Below are positions 27,599 through 51,000 of a DNA stretch of 64,000 bases, piece after piece (within the stretch, counting starts at the first letter, position 1; every line of letters begins with the position of its first letter). The stretch is from the human T2T-CHM13v2.0 reference genome, Homo sapiens. The DNA is taken from NCBI RefSeq assembly GCF_009914755.1, contig NC_060937.1; one strand, written 5' to 3'. The position numbers and the translations under genes were made by a program. Under the pieces are notes generated by a model. The model ran no database searches and was not told the origin of the DNA. It saw nothing but the letters and a program-made list of their open reading frames with translations.

Positions 27599-28144
27599 TG
27601 GGACGAGATCTATTCACTTGAGTCTCCCACCCCTACAGGACCCTGCAGCTCCTGGCGTCCTGGTTGTAACAGGAAAAGCCATCCCACCTCAGCAGAGACA
27701 CTGACTCCCTCAGTTGGAACCCAGGGTGTCTGGGAGGTGATGTCGCTGGTGCAGGTCCCATGGTTGTTGATCTCAACACTGCAGAGGGACTGGCTTCAAA
27801 GCGGCATCATTCCCACTCTGCTCCCAGCTTTTCATTACGTGCCCCAAGCTTGTCCCTGACCTTTATCCTGCACGTCATGCCGGGTTTCAGCATAACAGAG
27901 ACCTTTTCTGACAAGACAGTGAAAGCAATTGAGCTTATTTTGGAGAGCTCAGAGCTGCTCTGTTAAAAATTAACAACCTCTTAACAATTCCCTTTCATTT
28001 CATCTCTTAAAAGGCTCCTGGTCCAGCAGATCCATTGGGAAGAAATAATTCAAATGATTTACACACAGTCCCATAAATTCATCTTGGAGTTTTCACACTG
28101 TCATTTCCCACTTTCTTCCTTTAACTTGTTATTGAAGGCCCAGC

Positions 28145-28637
28145 TGTGAAAGGAAAATAAATCTCCGGACCCTCAAATCACTAAGCCAAAGGGAAAAGTC
28201 AAGCTGGGAACTGCTTAGGGCAAACCTGCCTCCCATTCTATTTCGAAAAAAGATAGCTACTAAGATAAATTCCCGTGGATAAAGGACAGACAGAACTCAA
28301 AGTCATCCCTCTGCTTACTGACATAAATGCATATCTGATTGCTTCCTTGGAAAGGCTCATCAGAAACTCAAAAGAACGCAACTGTTTGTCTCTTATCTAC
28401 CTATGACCTGGAAGCCCCCTTCCCAATTCAAGTTGTCTCGCCTTTCAGGACTGAACCAGTGTACATCTTACATATATTGATTGATGTCTCATGTCTCCCG
28501 AAAATATATAAAACCAAGCTTTGCCCACCTTGGGCACATGTCAGGACCTCCTGAGGCTGTGACATGGACACGTCCTTTACCTTGGCACTTTCTAAACTGA
28601 CTGAGAAACCAATAACTCAGATATTTGGAGTTCACAC
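28145..28637 (+). mobile_element. MER4-family solo LTR
   Basis: TGTGAAAGGAAAATAAATCT...AAGGGAAAAGTCAAGCTGGGAACTGC...GTTCACA. Confidence 0.8.
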
Positions 28638-28671
28638 AGTCAAACTTCCCACCCTCTAGAAAGGCTCAACA

Positions 28672-28896
28672 GGCCAGGCGCAGTGGCTCACACCTGTAAT
28701 CCCAGCACTTTGGAAGGCTGAGACAGGTAGATCACGAGGTCAGGAGATCGAGACCATTCTGGCTAACACGGTGAAACCCCATCTCTACTAAAAAATACAA
28801 AAAATTAGCCAGGCGTGGTGGCGGGCGCCTAGAGTCCCAGCTACTCGGGAGGCTGAGGCAGGAGAATGGCGTGAACCCAGGAGGCGGAGCTTGCAG
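28672..28896 (+). mobile_element. AluY-like element, 3' truncated, no poly-A tail
   Basis: AluY diagnostics (GAGATCGAGACCAT, GGCTAACACGG, GAATGGCGTGAACCC, GGAGCTTGCAG), then abrupt end. Confidence 0.9.
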
Positions 28897-29134
28897 CCTC
28901 AACAAATTGTTCACCAAGAAACCTAGGGCTTAGATGCCTAGAACCAAGTATGTCATCAATGAATGAATCTAACTCCATAAGAGGTTTTATTGATGCTATT
29001 ATTCAGTAATTAATATCGACAACCAACTTATCTTGGTACATCCCTTTTATTATTTAATAAGTTTATATCTCAATCTCAAATCTAGTGTTGATATCATGTC
29101 TTGATGCTTCTCTTTCACATCAGTGAGCACAATA

Positions 29135-31867
<2,733 letters not shown>

Positions 31868-32094
31868 ATTCTTTATTTTGTTTTATCCTTGTAACAAACC
31901 ATGGAAGATAGGAATTATTATCCCCATTTTCCAGACATGGAAAATGAGGCTCAGGATGTAGATTTAACAAGCACCCTAATGATGACTCAATAACCTGTGT
32001 AGCTTTGCTTATTGGGAAAGAATGCTTTGAGCAGCAAATACAAATTTCCCATCTATTCCATATTATTCATTGAATATAATGAAGTAGTATTCTG

Positions 32095-32405
<311 letters not shown>

Positions 32406-33005
32406 GTAGTATTCTGAATTTTTATATATCAGATTCTTGTAAGACTGTTTGGTCTGAGAAAGTTTCTGGAACTAGTTTCATCGATCCAGTTTAAAAGGCA
32501 GGACATGGTAGCATCAGGGCCCCTACTCCAACTCTGTGCCGACCCTTCCAGTCAAAGGGCAGCAGGCCTGGGAGAAGCACCTGAATACACACTGAACCTG
32601 GACTGTGTTTGACAGCATCAAGAGCCCAGGATAGTGGACTTTGAGGGCCGGCGATGGCATTAATTACTCCCATTCCTTCTGTTGAGTGATTCAGGATAAC
32701 AAAATTCTGATAATAGGCTGGGTATTAAACTGAATAAGAAGGGCATCTTTCAGTCATCCCAGACCAGTGTGGGCTTCTCTCTTCTCTGAGTACCCTACTC
32801 TTCACTTCCTTTCCTGACTGCTGACCACAAAACCCCATTCCTCAGCCCATCATCTTCTTTTTGATCCTGCTCCTTATGTCATCCAAGTCAGAGCTCCAGG
32901 GTCATCTTTAACCCATCGTCTCCCTCACCTCCACCCACAAGTACTAGCGTGTCTCCCTCCTGCACCCAAAATGTGTCCCCTCCCATGCATCCCTTGAACA
33001 GGTCC

Positions 33006-33906
<901 letters not shown>

Positions 33907-34023
33907 GCCCCCACGATCTCCTTACCTGCACTGCTGTAACCCACCAGGACTCACTGGCCTCCTGCCTCTGGACTTGCCTGGATTACCTAAACTAGTCTCC
34001 ATATGCGGGTCAAAGGTCTTTCA

Positions 34024-34236
<213 letters not shown>

Positions 34237-35229
34237 CTAATTAAAATCCAAGTGCCCTGGCATGGCACCCAAGGGCCTTCTGGACCAGGGTTCTGCCTTC
34301 CTCTTTGGCTTCAGCCTCTCCTTCCTCCACACCATGGCGTGCAGAACTTCAGCTCTGGTAAGGCAGGAGCACTTCGCCGCATAGGCAGTGCTTGCACCTC
34401 CCAGTCTTCACACTGGGCTTTCTGCCTGGGCCCCTTCCCATTCCTTTGTTCTGGTTAACTCCTTGCTAGATTGCTTGTAAAAACTATCCCAATCATTCCC
34501 CTCTCTGTATCCAGGCTCCTTTGCGAGGTGCCTCTGCAGCTTCAATCATCAAGAGATGGAGTCTATCTTCACATCTGCCAAATCTGGACTGGCCTGGGAT
34601 TTGCTTTGACCAACAGAATGTGCTGGAAGCATGTTCTGAGCCTGGGCCTCAAGAGGTCTGCAGTGACTACTTGATCTCTTAGATCCTTATCCAGTCACCG
34701 TGTGAACTTGAACTGCATTTTTGGATATAAATAAAACGACATAACGTGAGTTTTGGAATATAATCTCCTGGGCAGCCTCGGAGGAGGGGCTGGAGCATTA
34801 ACCACCCATAGTGAACCTTGACCAGTTGGAAATGGAGAACAGGAGGGAGCCAGACAGACACTTTACCTCTTTTCTGGCTCCGTGGACTGCTCTGCCCGTC
34901 TATGCAGCCCTCTCTGTGGGTGGATGCATGAATGCCTGCTGAGCAACCTGCTGTGTCTCCTCACAACTCATGGCAAAGCAGTGGCCAGGCAGTATCCTCA
35001 TAGCAAATCTAGGCATCTTTCTCTGCTTCACTTCTCCTTTTCTCTCACCTTCACCACCCCTGGCTTGCACCCCCATATCCATTTGTTCAGGTCCTAACCT
35101 TTGCCTCAGGTCCTGCTTCCCAGATGACAAGGCCAGGGCAGCAGCCGATGTGCACAGCATCATAGCTTGCATGTAACTCAGATGCTTTGCTTCCCACTCC
35201 TCAGAAGCCATGAAATCCCAGAAAGGACA

Positions 35230-36222
<993 letters not shown>

Positions 36223-37492
36223 AGCCTATATAGTCTTTCTGCACCCATACATTCACGCCCAAGTGTAACAACCCAGTTACCTCTCAAAGAGTTCTCTGGA
36301 GTAGGTTTCTACCACAGTATCAGGCCTTTATGTAAAAATGAAAGGCTAGGTTTACCACGTAATTCATAGTTAATTTGAACAAACATTCTATCTCATCCTC
36401 TCATTGTTTAAATAAATGAAGCCTCTGAGAATTCAATTGTCTCTGGTCATCACAACGTAAAACAGAGAATTCGACCAATGTGGACACCATCAGATGCCCC
36501 GATTTTATCTGGCTAGGCTGTTTATTTTACGCCATCTCTTCTTCCTTTACTGCTGGCGGGGGCCCAGCCGACTTTGAGACAATAACTTTTCATGGTTTCT
36601 AATTAGAAATTAGAGCTTAATGCACTAAATTGATATCATACATTATGATATCCTTTATGACCCAATTTTAAGACTTACAGGAAATTCACTAGGCACCAAA
36701 AAGAAATTGAATGCAGATCAGCAGATTACCCAGTTGTCTAGATCTCATTTCCTCAATACTTTATTCTCAAAAAAAAAAAAAAAACAGCACTCTGTCAGCA
36801 AATGGAGGTGGTATGGTATATACAGTGTCAAGCTCAAACAGTTCCTGAAGGCATGAGTCAAGGCTCAGATATCTACTGCTGCCTTTCCCTCAGACCACAC
36901 CTGTAGCATCATAGGCATTTCCCTATGGCCAGTCAACAGAGAAAGAAAAAACTGAGGCGTCATTTATTGATGGTTCTGAACAATATATAGGCACCAGATA
37001 GAAATGAACTGCCACACTGTGACAGCCCCAGTCATGAGTGTCACTGAAAAATAGTTGGAAAAGAAAATCTTCCAAGTGTTTAGCACTCCAGCCAGTATGT
37101 ATGTACTTCCAGGACTGGAAATCTTGAATCCATGATCAAGGACAAGATGGTTAATCTCCATTTGCCCTCAGATCTATAACTTCTGTGCCCTGCTCTATGT
37201 TTTTGGATGCTGGCTTCTTGCATGACTCAGAGACTGCATTACTCAGATTCCCTTACTTTCTGGCTTCCAATTGCATTTAGCCAATGAAAAACACTAGCAG
37301 GAAATTGGAGGTGGAGAGAGAAGATGGTATTTTTTCATGCTTTCCCTGCTTCACTGCCATGTCCCTGGCGATAACTGTGGTTCCCCCACAGCTACAACTC
37401 TCATTGGGCTCTGCTAACACTATTTTCTAACCTTGTCTCTTCAAACCTACAGGTGGTAATGGTTTCCCACTGTTGCTAAGTCTCCAGGTGCC

Positions 37493-37891
37493 TGATATGG
37501 CTTGGTTCCATGTCCCCACCCAAATATTATGTTGAATTGTAATCCCCCAGTGTTGGAGATGGGGCCTGGTGGGAGGTGACTGGATCATGGGGGTAGTTTT
37601 TAATGGTTTAGCACCATCCCCCTAGTGCTGTCTCGTGGTAGAGTTCTCACGAGATCTGGTTGTTTAAAAGTGTGTAGCAACTCCCTTTTGCTCTCTCGCT
37701 CTCTCCTGCTGGCCATATGAAGATGTGCTTGCTTCCCCTTCACCTTCTACCATGATTGTAAGTTTCCTGAGGCCTCCCCAGCCATGCTTCCTGTACAGCC
37801 TGCAGAACTATGGGCCAATTAAACCTCTTTTCTTTATAAATTACCCAGTCTCAGGTAGTTCTTTATAGCATTGTGAGAACAGATTAATACA
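37493..37891 (+). mobile_element. MSTA/MSTB solo LTR inside an older ERVL-type LTR
   Basis: TGATATGGCTTGG...AGAACAGATTAATACA with 5-bp TSD GTGCC. Confidence 0.85.
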
Positions 37892-38239
37892 GTGCCTCAA
37901 CATCTATTATTGGTCTCCTTAACTCTCCCCACACCTCTGTAATTATTTCCTTTACTAAGTCTCTTTATTTGAACAATCTCAGATAAATTCTGTTTCTTGA
38001 TGGGACCCTAACCAAATACAATCTGTTAATTCTCTCCTCCATGTTGCTAAACCTCCTATTTTCCATCTTCTTGTCTCATGCTGTATTTGGAGAAATGTCT
38101 CTATATCTATTTTCCAACTTACTGTAATTCTCTCTTCAACTATTTACCTATCTATTTTAATTCCAATAATAATATTTTTCAGTTTTAAGGATTGTTTTAA
38201 AAATACAATTTTTTAAAAAACTATAAATTTATCATTACA

Positions 38240-38480
38240 ATTATACATTGGTATATGCAAGGAGATTGGTTTCAGGGTCACATGCATATAGTCAAATCCA
38301 TGCTTACTCAAGTCCTGCAGTTGGCCCTGCAGAAATTGCATATACCAAAAGTTGGCCCTCAGCATACACAGGCTTTGCCTCCTGTGAATATTGTATTTTC
38401 AATTCGTTTCTGGTTGAAAAGAAGCCGTGTATTAGTGGAAATGCACAGTTGAAACTTATGTTGTTTGAGGGTCAACTGTG
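38240..38480. mobile_element. Tigger-derived MITE (MER8-like)
   Basis: CAAATCCATGCTTACTCAAGTCCTGCAGTTGGCCCTGC...GTTGTTTGAGGGTCAACTGT. Confidence 0.7.
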
Positions 38481-39559
38481 TAGTTTTATATGATTATTTT
38501 ATAATCTGCCTGGCTATTTTTGATAGTCTTCTTCCCTTGTTTGGTTTGCTTCTTGATTTCTTTCTTTTTTAAAAAAAATATTTTTAGTGATGGAGTCTTG
38601 CTGTGTTGCCGAGGCTGGTCTTGAACTCCTTGGCATCAAGCAATCCTCTTGTCTTAGCGTCCCCAGTACCTGGGATTGCAGGCATGTGTCACCATGCAGG
38701 GCTTCCTTCATTTCACATGTATATGAGAGCCATGCTCTGAAAATTATCCTTTGACAAGGGGGAGTACAGGGCCCCAGCAGTGTATGATGGGAGGCTGGAC
38801 CTCACCCAGACTGCAGAGTAGATGCCCCTGAGAAAGACATTAAAGCTGAGAACTGAGGGATATCTAGCCATTTGTAATGGTACCCAAATTGCTGGACTCC
38901 AGGCTTCTCCAGGCCCAACTCTAGCTCCATGGTCTCTTCTACCACCCTTGGAGATACAGTAGCATCTGTCGTTCCCTGCACTATGTTTGAGTCTGTGTGA
39001 AGGGTCTTTGTGAAGCTGCCTACAGAATTTCTCACGTGTGCCTACTCCATTGTTCATGCGCTACTCTAGTAGGACTTGGGAGTACTCTAGGCTTTTTTCA
39101 TTCTCTACCACCATACTTAGGAAGCAAGAGATATATTTTGTCTGATCTCAGAACATTCATGAACCACCCTCATCCCCACCACCCAGATGGTAGAACCCCT
39201 TCTCAAAAACACTTGCTGCAAGATACCATCCTGCTCCCCTCTGTAGACTCCCTCTTTTCTCTAAAACACGTAGTTTCTTAAGGTAGGACAAAAATAGAAG
39301 GTGTATTTTTCCAATACCTGTTTTACAACTGAGTGGCTGCTTTTAAAGCTCAAAAGCTGTCCATGTGACACGGTTGTTTGTTGGGTCTGCCGTGACAATC
39401 CTCCATTCAGGTGGTGGATACTCAAGTCTGGCTCATTAGAATAGACAAGGAGCTGTGTGTATGTGGAAAACATTCTCTCAGCATGCTTCATGTCAAACAT
39501 TGGACTCGTCACCCTCTGCCAAGCTATCTTCTTCTGTGCTCCCCTCTCAGTGAAGGACA

Positions 39560-40330
39560 CACCCATGTGTCCAAACCAGACATCCTGACTCCTTCGTGTC
39601 CATTCAGTTACACCTCAATCCCGGTGGGCTTTATCTTTTTGATATCTCCTCCTTTCACTCTCCTCTCTCCATGTCCACCAACACTCCTAATTCAGGCTGT
39701 CCAGATGACTGAAACAGCCTCTATACTCTCTGTTCCCACTTCTGGATTGGCTTCTGGTCAATGCATGTGCCACACTCTCCAGGACTTTTCTAAATGGCCA
39801 ATGGGCAATGTCCTTACTGCCCGATCTCCTCAGCACAGAGGCCAAACTTCTTATCATGGCACCCAGGCTTTCACAGTCTTGTCCCTATGCACCGCTTTGA
39901 CATCATTTCTTGTCATCTTTCTACCTCCAACTTCAAATTCTAATCATATTGTCAAATTTTTTACTTCCTACAGGTGTTCTGTGGTCTTGCTTCTAGGCCT
40001 TAGCACATACTGTTCCCTCTCACTTGAAAAAGTTTCTCCTTCTCTGTCTTATTGCTATTCAGATCCCAATTCATTCAAAATATATTTATTGAGTATCTAC
40101 TGTATGCCAAGCACTGTTAAAGGTCTCTCCAGAAAACCTACCCTCATCATCCAAGTATGGATTAGATGCTTTTCTTCCTTGCTTCCTGTAATCATCTTAT
40201 GCTTATTCACAGATACTACATTTTATATTGTATTGCACTCGCCAGTGTTTGTCTGTCTACTTTACCAGACTGTAAGCTCCTTGAATACAGGAAATTTTCT
40301 GATTTAGTATTGAATACTCAGATCAGCACA
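39560..40330. mobile_element. L2 fragments
   Basis: pyrimidine-rich L2-like text, CCAGACTGTAAGCTCCTTGA and ATATTTATTGAGTATCTACTGTATGCCAAGCACTG. Confidence 0.65.
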
Positions 40331-40333
40331 CAA

Positions 40334-41014
<681 letters not shown>

Positions 41015-42825
41015 AGAACCCAACACACAATTAATGTTTGATAAGAGGATGAGTGAATGAATGAATGGGTAATTTATAATGTTACTAGATCTCTAATGCT
41101 GTACAATAAGCACACACACACATGCACCCACACAACGAACATATAGGCATAATTATGATATATGCGTATCATTATAAATAACACATACTCATTAAAACAT
41201 TTGAAAAACAAAATACAAGTAAAATTTAAATGTAATTAAAATGACTGTCTAGTAAGCCATCAAGCAAATTTACCATAATTCTATACTTAAATTGTTTCTA
41301 AATGTTTTTTAATATCCTGCTGTGAACATCTTTGTAGATAAAGCTTTTTTAAAAAAAATTAAGAGATTATCAATTTATGAAAAAGCCCTAGAAAAGGAAG
41401 TAAAAAAAAAGTGAGCATTTCAAGGCTAGTGATAGATATTTCCAAAAATGTTTTTACCAACATTTACACATGACTTTATTGCATGTGTTTTAATTTTATT
41501 ATTAGCAAAGAGGCAGTTCATAGCTTTTTGAGGTTGAAATTTTGGAAGGTAATTATGTCTTTCTTCAAAACATGCCTTGATTCTAAATATTGATTCTGAA
41601 TTCTAAGCTGTGGTACTATTTGTCTAATTCTTCTGTTATTATGAAATAAAGCCTTAGCTACTATTTAAATAAATTGTCAAGGTTTACAGTGATTTATAGT
41701 CACTGATGTGTAAATGAGAAATTGATAAAGTGAGTAAGAAAGGAAATAATTTGAAAAGGAAAACAGATCTTCAGACCCTTGATGAAGCTATAGAAACCTA
41801 TAGCAAGGGAAGTGGTTCTTCTGATAATAGGCTGGAGAGTATACATAAAGAAATCCATCAATTCCACAAGAACGTGCTCTGAAAATTCACGAGGCAATTG
41901 TACACATGCAGCTGTGTATAAGAATGATTTGAACTATTCCATTTTGTAACTTTGCTGTTTTATAAGCAGTGAAGTAAAATGGAAAATGATCTGAGAAGTC
42001 TGTGTGTTCTAACGTTCTTCCTCTTTTACGCCATGTTTAGTGTTTTGGCACTAGTACAACCTTGAAGTACCATAGAATGCTGGGAAGCAGTTCTGCCAGC
42101 CTGTAATGCTCATCCTTGGAACTCATGCTTGCTAAAATGTCCTGTGACAAAAGTACGAATGGGTTCAAATGTACGAATGGGTTCATGTTGCTCACTTTCA
42201 TTTGTGTTAGCACAGAGGGAAAAGAGAAGGTCCTGCCCAGTGTCCTGGTTCCAATGACAGGTCTGCCCTTTACTAACTGTTATCCTGAGCAGCTCACAAA
42301 CCTCCCTGAAGTTTGTTTTTATCATTCATTAAATAGGGCAAAAAATAATATCCACCAACTACCTACCTGAGTGAAAGTGAGCAGCAGATGAGAGGTGCTT
42401 TGGAAATCAACACATGAGCTATTCTTGCAATGCCACATTATTAGCGGGGGTCCTTTGCAGTGTCCAGGTTTGAGTCATTGAGGAGGGCTGACCATGGCGA
42501 GGCTATGAAGCCCTCACTATAAGGAGGTCTTTGGATCCTTACCGCCGTCTCCTTCCCTATCTCTCCCCTTCCTCAATCTAGAGCACCTCTGCCCCTTGTC
42601 CCTTAGGCATTTTTCCATTTCCAGGGGCCTATTCTAAGATATTACTGGGTGAAAAACCCTAGGAAGCAAAGAAATGTGGAATTGCAGACACTTGTAGTAG
42701 GTAATAGGAAAGTTTAACCATGGTCTATGTCTTTATTAGGGCAGTAGACAGTAGGATGTGGTGCAGTCTTTCTCAAACTAGAGCTTGTGATTACATTTTT
42801 AAAATATTTGTTTTCATTTCAACTC

Positions 42826-44853
<2,028 letters not shown>

Positions 44854-45199
44854 TCTGTGCCACAAATTCTTGATCCAGTTCTTCAATGTTGGACATTTAG
44901 GTTGTCTCCAGTTATTTGATACCATTAATGATGTCTGAGATACACACATCTTTGAATTTTTTATGTGTTTCCGTAAATTAGTTTTCTAGTAGGGGAATTA
45001 CTGGATGTTGGAAAAGTTTATGCTTTTGGTTTTGATCCAAGAGGCATAAATTGTCAACATGCCAACATGGAAATCATACACTCCACACATTCTACCCAGA
45101 CTACCCAGCTGTAAGCAGAGAGGTGTAGATCCAAGTCTCCTGCCGGCAGGGTGATTTAGCGCAGTTGTCAATAATCTGTACAACACGTAACAATAAAGT

Positions 45200-46090
45200 T
45201 ATTGATGTTGAGGAAAAGACTTCCGGTAGGGGCATTTCTATTTCCATTGGGTCCTGTCTTCTCCACCTTCTACGTTTCAACCGGAAATAGTCGTACCCAT
45301 TTAAAGCCACGTCGGTACTGGCCTCGGTCCCGCCCCCCACACTGCGGAACCGTTTCCGGGGTCAGGGCATTCCGTCCCGCCCCGCCGCCGGTGCAGTGTT
45401 GGAAGCTCCGGTTCTCCCGGAAGTGGCCCAGGTCTCTCTGTCGGGGTCCCCTCCATCTCGCTGCTGCTGAAGGCCGCGAGGGCGGCGGCGATGGCGGAGG
45501 CGGCGCTGTTGCTGCTGCCTGAGGCGGCGGCGGAGCGGGACGCTAGGGAAAAGCTGGCTCTCTGGGATCGGAGACCGGACACGACGGCGCCGCTGACCGA
45601 CAGGCAGACGGACTCGGTATTGGAGCTGAAGGCGGCGGCAGAGAACTTGCCGGTGCCAGCTGAGGTGAGGTGATGGGCAGGAACCGGGCCGGGGCGATGG
45701 GGCTGGGATTCTCCTCGGGCGCCCCTGCAGGACCCCGGCCTCACTAGCCTCTGCCCAGGATATCTCTCCACTCCTCCCTGGCCATGGTGGCGGATCCGGT
45801 GGGAGGGGCCTCATCTCCCAGGCTGTCAGGCTTCGCTCTGCCTGCGACCCCGACTCTAATTCTGCCTGGGGACGGCTGTGGGGGTGTCCTGCAGCTGGTG
45901 CTCGCCGGAACCCAGTCCTCCCCCAGCAGCATGGGACGGTTGGCCCGGAGCCTTGCACCGAACGTTTTGCCCCAGACGAGGCGTCCTGTCAGCCGAGGCG
46001 TAATCCTGCTGCCCACTCTCTCCCAGAAGGAGAGGCAGTCAACCCGAGGTGCTGTGCTGCAGGACAGTCTCCAGCGCGTGCTCGTTTACC
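45200..46090 (+). promoter_or_regulatory. COG3: CpG island and TATA-less housekeeping promoter of COG3
   Basis: Sharp rise in GC and CpG; ETS-type motifs ACTTCCGG (45219), CCGGAAAT (45281), CCGGAAGTG (45417); GC boxes CCCGCCC; strong Kozak GCGGCGATGG. Confidence 0.9.
45491..45664 (+). CDS. COG3: COG3 coding exon 1 (58 codons)
   Basis: MAEAALLLLPEAAAERDAREKLALWDRRPDTTAPLTDRQTDSVLELKAAAENLPVPAE, donor GAG|GTGAGG. Confidence 0.96.
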
Positions 46091-46476
46091 GCCTTAATGA
46101 TTCACCTAGGTTGCTTTGTCCATGGGGGTCTTGGGGAGACCAAAACTTGGTCCTGAGTGAGTTTCATTTATCGCACATTGAACTATGAGCTCTCAATCAA
46201 GTGCAAGTTATGGGAGATCAGATTTATTTCACCTATTGCAAAGCAATAAAAATGAATTTTATTTGAAAGTTGGCTCAGTACATTATTAAGCAGTGCTGGT
46301 TTTCGGTGTTAGAGTCAATGTGTTTAATCCACTTACCATTAGGATATTATGCACTACTGCTTCTTGTGTGATTCAATTCAATTAGTTGTAATAGCAGGAA
46401 GTAACATGAATTGTCAGATGTTTGACAAACGTTTTCCAGTTTTGAGGGCCAGGTTTAGGAGGATTATTTTATATAA

Positions 46477-48055
<1,579 letters not shown>

Positions 48056-51000
48056 ATGCAGTAGCCGAGCTGGTTATGCACACATCCTGGAATCTTTGAG
48101 AAGGCAGTTCTCATTGCTCTTCAGCTTTACAGCCCTCATTTTCCTTTTCTGAAGTGTTTATATGTCTGTTGGGAAGACTTTGGAATTAATTTTTTTAGCC
48201 CTATACTACTCTTTTAACATTGGCAGCAAAAGAGAGTGCCACAATTTTCATTTTGTCCAATCAGTATAACTCAAGGATTTTCTGTAGTGTTTCACAATTT
48301 TCACGAGATAAATTACTTCCTGAACAACTGGAACTGAGCAGGCTAGTAGAATAGCAAGAGGCCAACTAACTCTTAAGTACATATCATAAAGATGTTAACT
48401 TCTTTAGAAAATAGCTTTCTCTTTTATGAAAGAGAACTAGTCTTATCTTAAAAAGGAATTATGCCTTTTTTGGCATTAGAGAAAATAATTTACAATAGAA
48501 TATTAGGTAGACTTTTGTAGCCAGGGCAAACTTAGTAGTGAGGGGCCTATTTCTTTCTGTTGAATTTAGTAATTCTTGATAAAGTGCTAAAATAATTTAC
48601 CCCGACATTTACCTATAATTTACTGTTACAGCTGTTGTTTTCTTGTAGGCTGTGTGACCTTAGATGTGATGTTTATCTTTTCTAAGCCTTAATTTTCTTC
48701 TTTATAAAATGGGGACTTAACTCATGATGAGTACTTATCTCATAGGGAATTGTGAGAATTATGTGAAATCACGTATGCAAGGTGCACGTGGCAAGTTACT
48801 TGCTATTATTCTTGTGCTTTCTTTCAAATTATTAACATCTTAAAAGAATAGATTAGAATCCTGTGATGCTGAGCTGGTATAGGTGTCATTCAGACCAAAG
48901 GTAAGAAAAGGAGAGGTTAAGTGCCTTGAGGAAGGTTCTGAGACTCCACCTATACCTCTTCAGTAATTTGCTCCAAGCAGAGAACAAAACATCAGGTTTC
49001 ATTTAGGGAATTAATTGATCAGATTGATTATAAAAGTGGTTTTCTCCAACCCAGAACTCTGCAAGAAGTAAAGCTTGGGAGAGAAAGGTATGTTACTTGT
49101 TATTTCAGGGACCTGCTCAGCTGGTCAGGCAAAGCTTGAGAATTTATTGTACTTACTATTTAATGTTAGTGTCTCCATTTGCATAAACTATACAGTAGCT
49201 CTGCAGCACTGGCCCATTAGCAATCTAGAACTGTGTTCTCTCTCTAGTGGTGTCTGTCTGCTCCATCTGGAAGCCAGGACAGTGCTGGTAAGCAGCAGGC
49301 ATTCAGTCACCTCCTCCTGAGAAGTGAATGAGAGGTCAGAACAGGAAAGTGTGTGATACCACCACACCCCTTTTTGACTTGTCATTCTATACCAGGTGTT
49401 TTGAGAAAGGAAGGCAGCTGCCTAGTCTACTTAATGGGGGCATTTTCTCGTATGTTATTAAAAAGCAACTTGTTTTGCTACTTTAAAAAATGATTTGTTT
49501 GAAGTAATTGCATTATGGCTTCTCTCTTGCTTGGTTTGAGAGAAGATGGTTTTGTATTAGAACAAGGAAACAGGGAGCCTCCTTTTGCCTCTAGTTTTTA
49601 AAGTTCTTATGATTGAAAAGTAGTATTTGTACTTGAAGTAATCAAATAGAATACTCTTATAAATTTAGAATATATTTACTCACATCTAGGTTACAGAACA
49701 TATCTGGAATATCTATAGTAGTTTCTCAAGTAGAGTTTTCAAATTATTTTATTTTCTAAAGTTAATTAGAAGATAAACTTTTTTTGGTTCAAGATAACAG
49801 ACTGAGCACACGTGTATGACATCCCTGGATCCCTTTGAAATGACAGTAATAAATGTGTGGCACACCAAAACCAAAGATGGTATCAATGAACCTGAAAGTT
49901 GGGCATATTTATGGAAGGCAGGAAGCATGTAGTATCCTTTTAAAAATCATTCTAAAGACTTAATCACAGAACCAGGTGCAAATATTATAAAATTTGATAA
50001 TCTAAAAAAGAGATAGTACAGGTGACAGAATTTGACAGTAAACAGGGAACAGATATAGAGTTACTAATTTCTTTATCTTACATGGTGAAGTAAGTAAGAG
50101 TGTATATATAGGACCTAAAATTGATGAATTCAAACACAAAGCAGTAAATATTTTTTTTTAAGAGTTGTAGAGTTACCATAAAAGAAAACTGAAAATGGTT
50201 AAACTGGTGAAAACTGAGGGTGGGGGAGAATGTTACTTTTCATTTTAACTCTTCTGATGATTTGGATTAAAAACAATTATATTCATATATTTTGAATAAT
50301 TTTCATAAAAGATTGATCAAAAATTCAAAATTATTTCTTTAGTTCCTTCTACTTTTACAGTTCTTCATTTTACCCTCAAATTCTTTAGAAAAACTCTCAA
50401 ATTATAAACATTGGTATTGGCTTAAAGAAGAAGAATTGGACGAGCAGGGGAGAGGGAAGAAGGGAGACTTGCTTTTCACTTAAATATTCTGTATTCTTGG
50501 GACTTTTAAAATAAGCACCCCTTTATAGTTTAATGACAATGACAATGTAAGAGTAAATTCTGTCTTTTCCTTATACTCTGTTGAAGAGACATTTTAAAAT
50601 GTTGCATATTAAGTGAAAAAGGGGAGGTGTGTATACTGTTATTTGGGTTTAAGGTATACTTCCTTTGTATATGCATAGACCATCTTAGAAAAGATACTTA
50701 AGAAACTAGTAACATTGATAGCCTGCCCCTGAGGAGGAAACTAGATGGCTGGAGAATGAGTTCCAGGGGAAGGAGACTTTTCACTGACTCCCTTGAGTTT
50801 TGTGCCTTGAGATTTATTACCTATTCAAATAAATACACTTAAAAGGACAGCTCTATGTATTATAAATGATTCTGGGACAAAAGGAGTTATACTTTTTATC
50901 TGGAATTTGTTATATGTTGTGAGGTAGTACTAGAATTATGCAGTGTAAGGCCTCATGAACTCTGATGGGAGAATATGATTATTACATTACTTATTAAAAA

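Noticed and set aside
39411-40307. 298-aa ORF
   Set aside because: GTG start, overlaps pyrimidine-rich L2 relics, no recognisable domain or splice structure
45202-46188. Overlapping 90-198 aa ORFs on both strands, including the intronic 134-aa ORF with GCCATGG
   Set aside because: Expected from stop-codon scarcity in a CpG island; only the COG3 exon 1 frame is supported by splicing continuity
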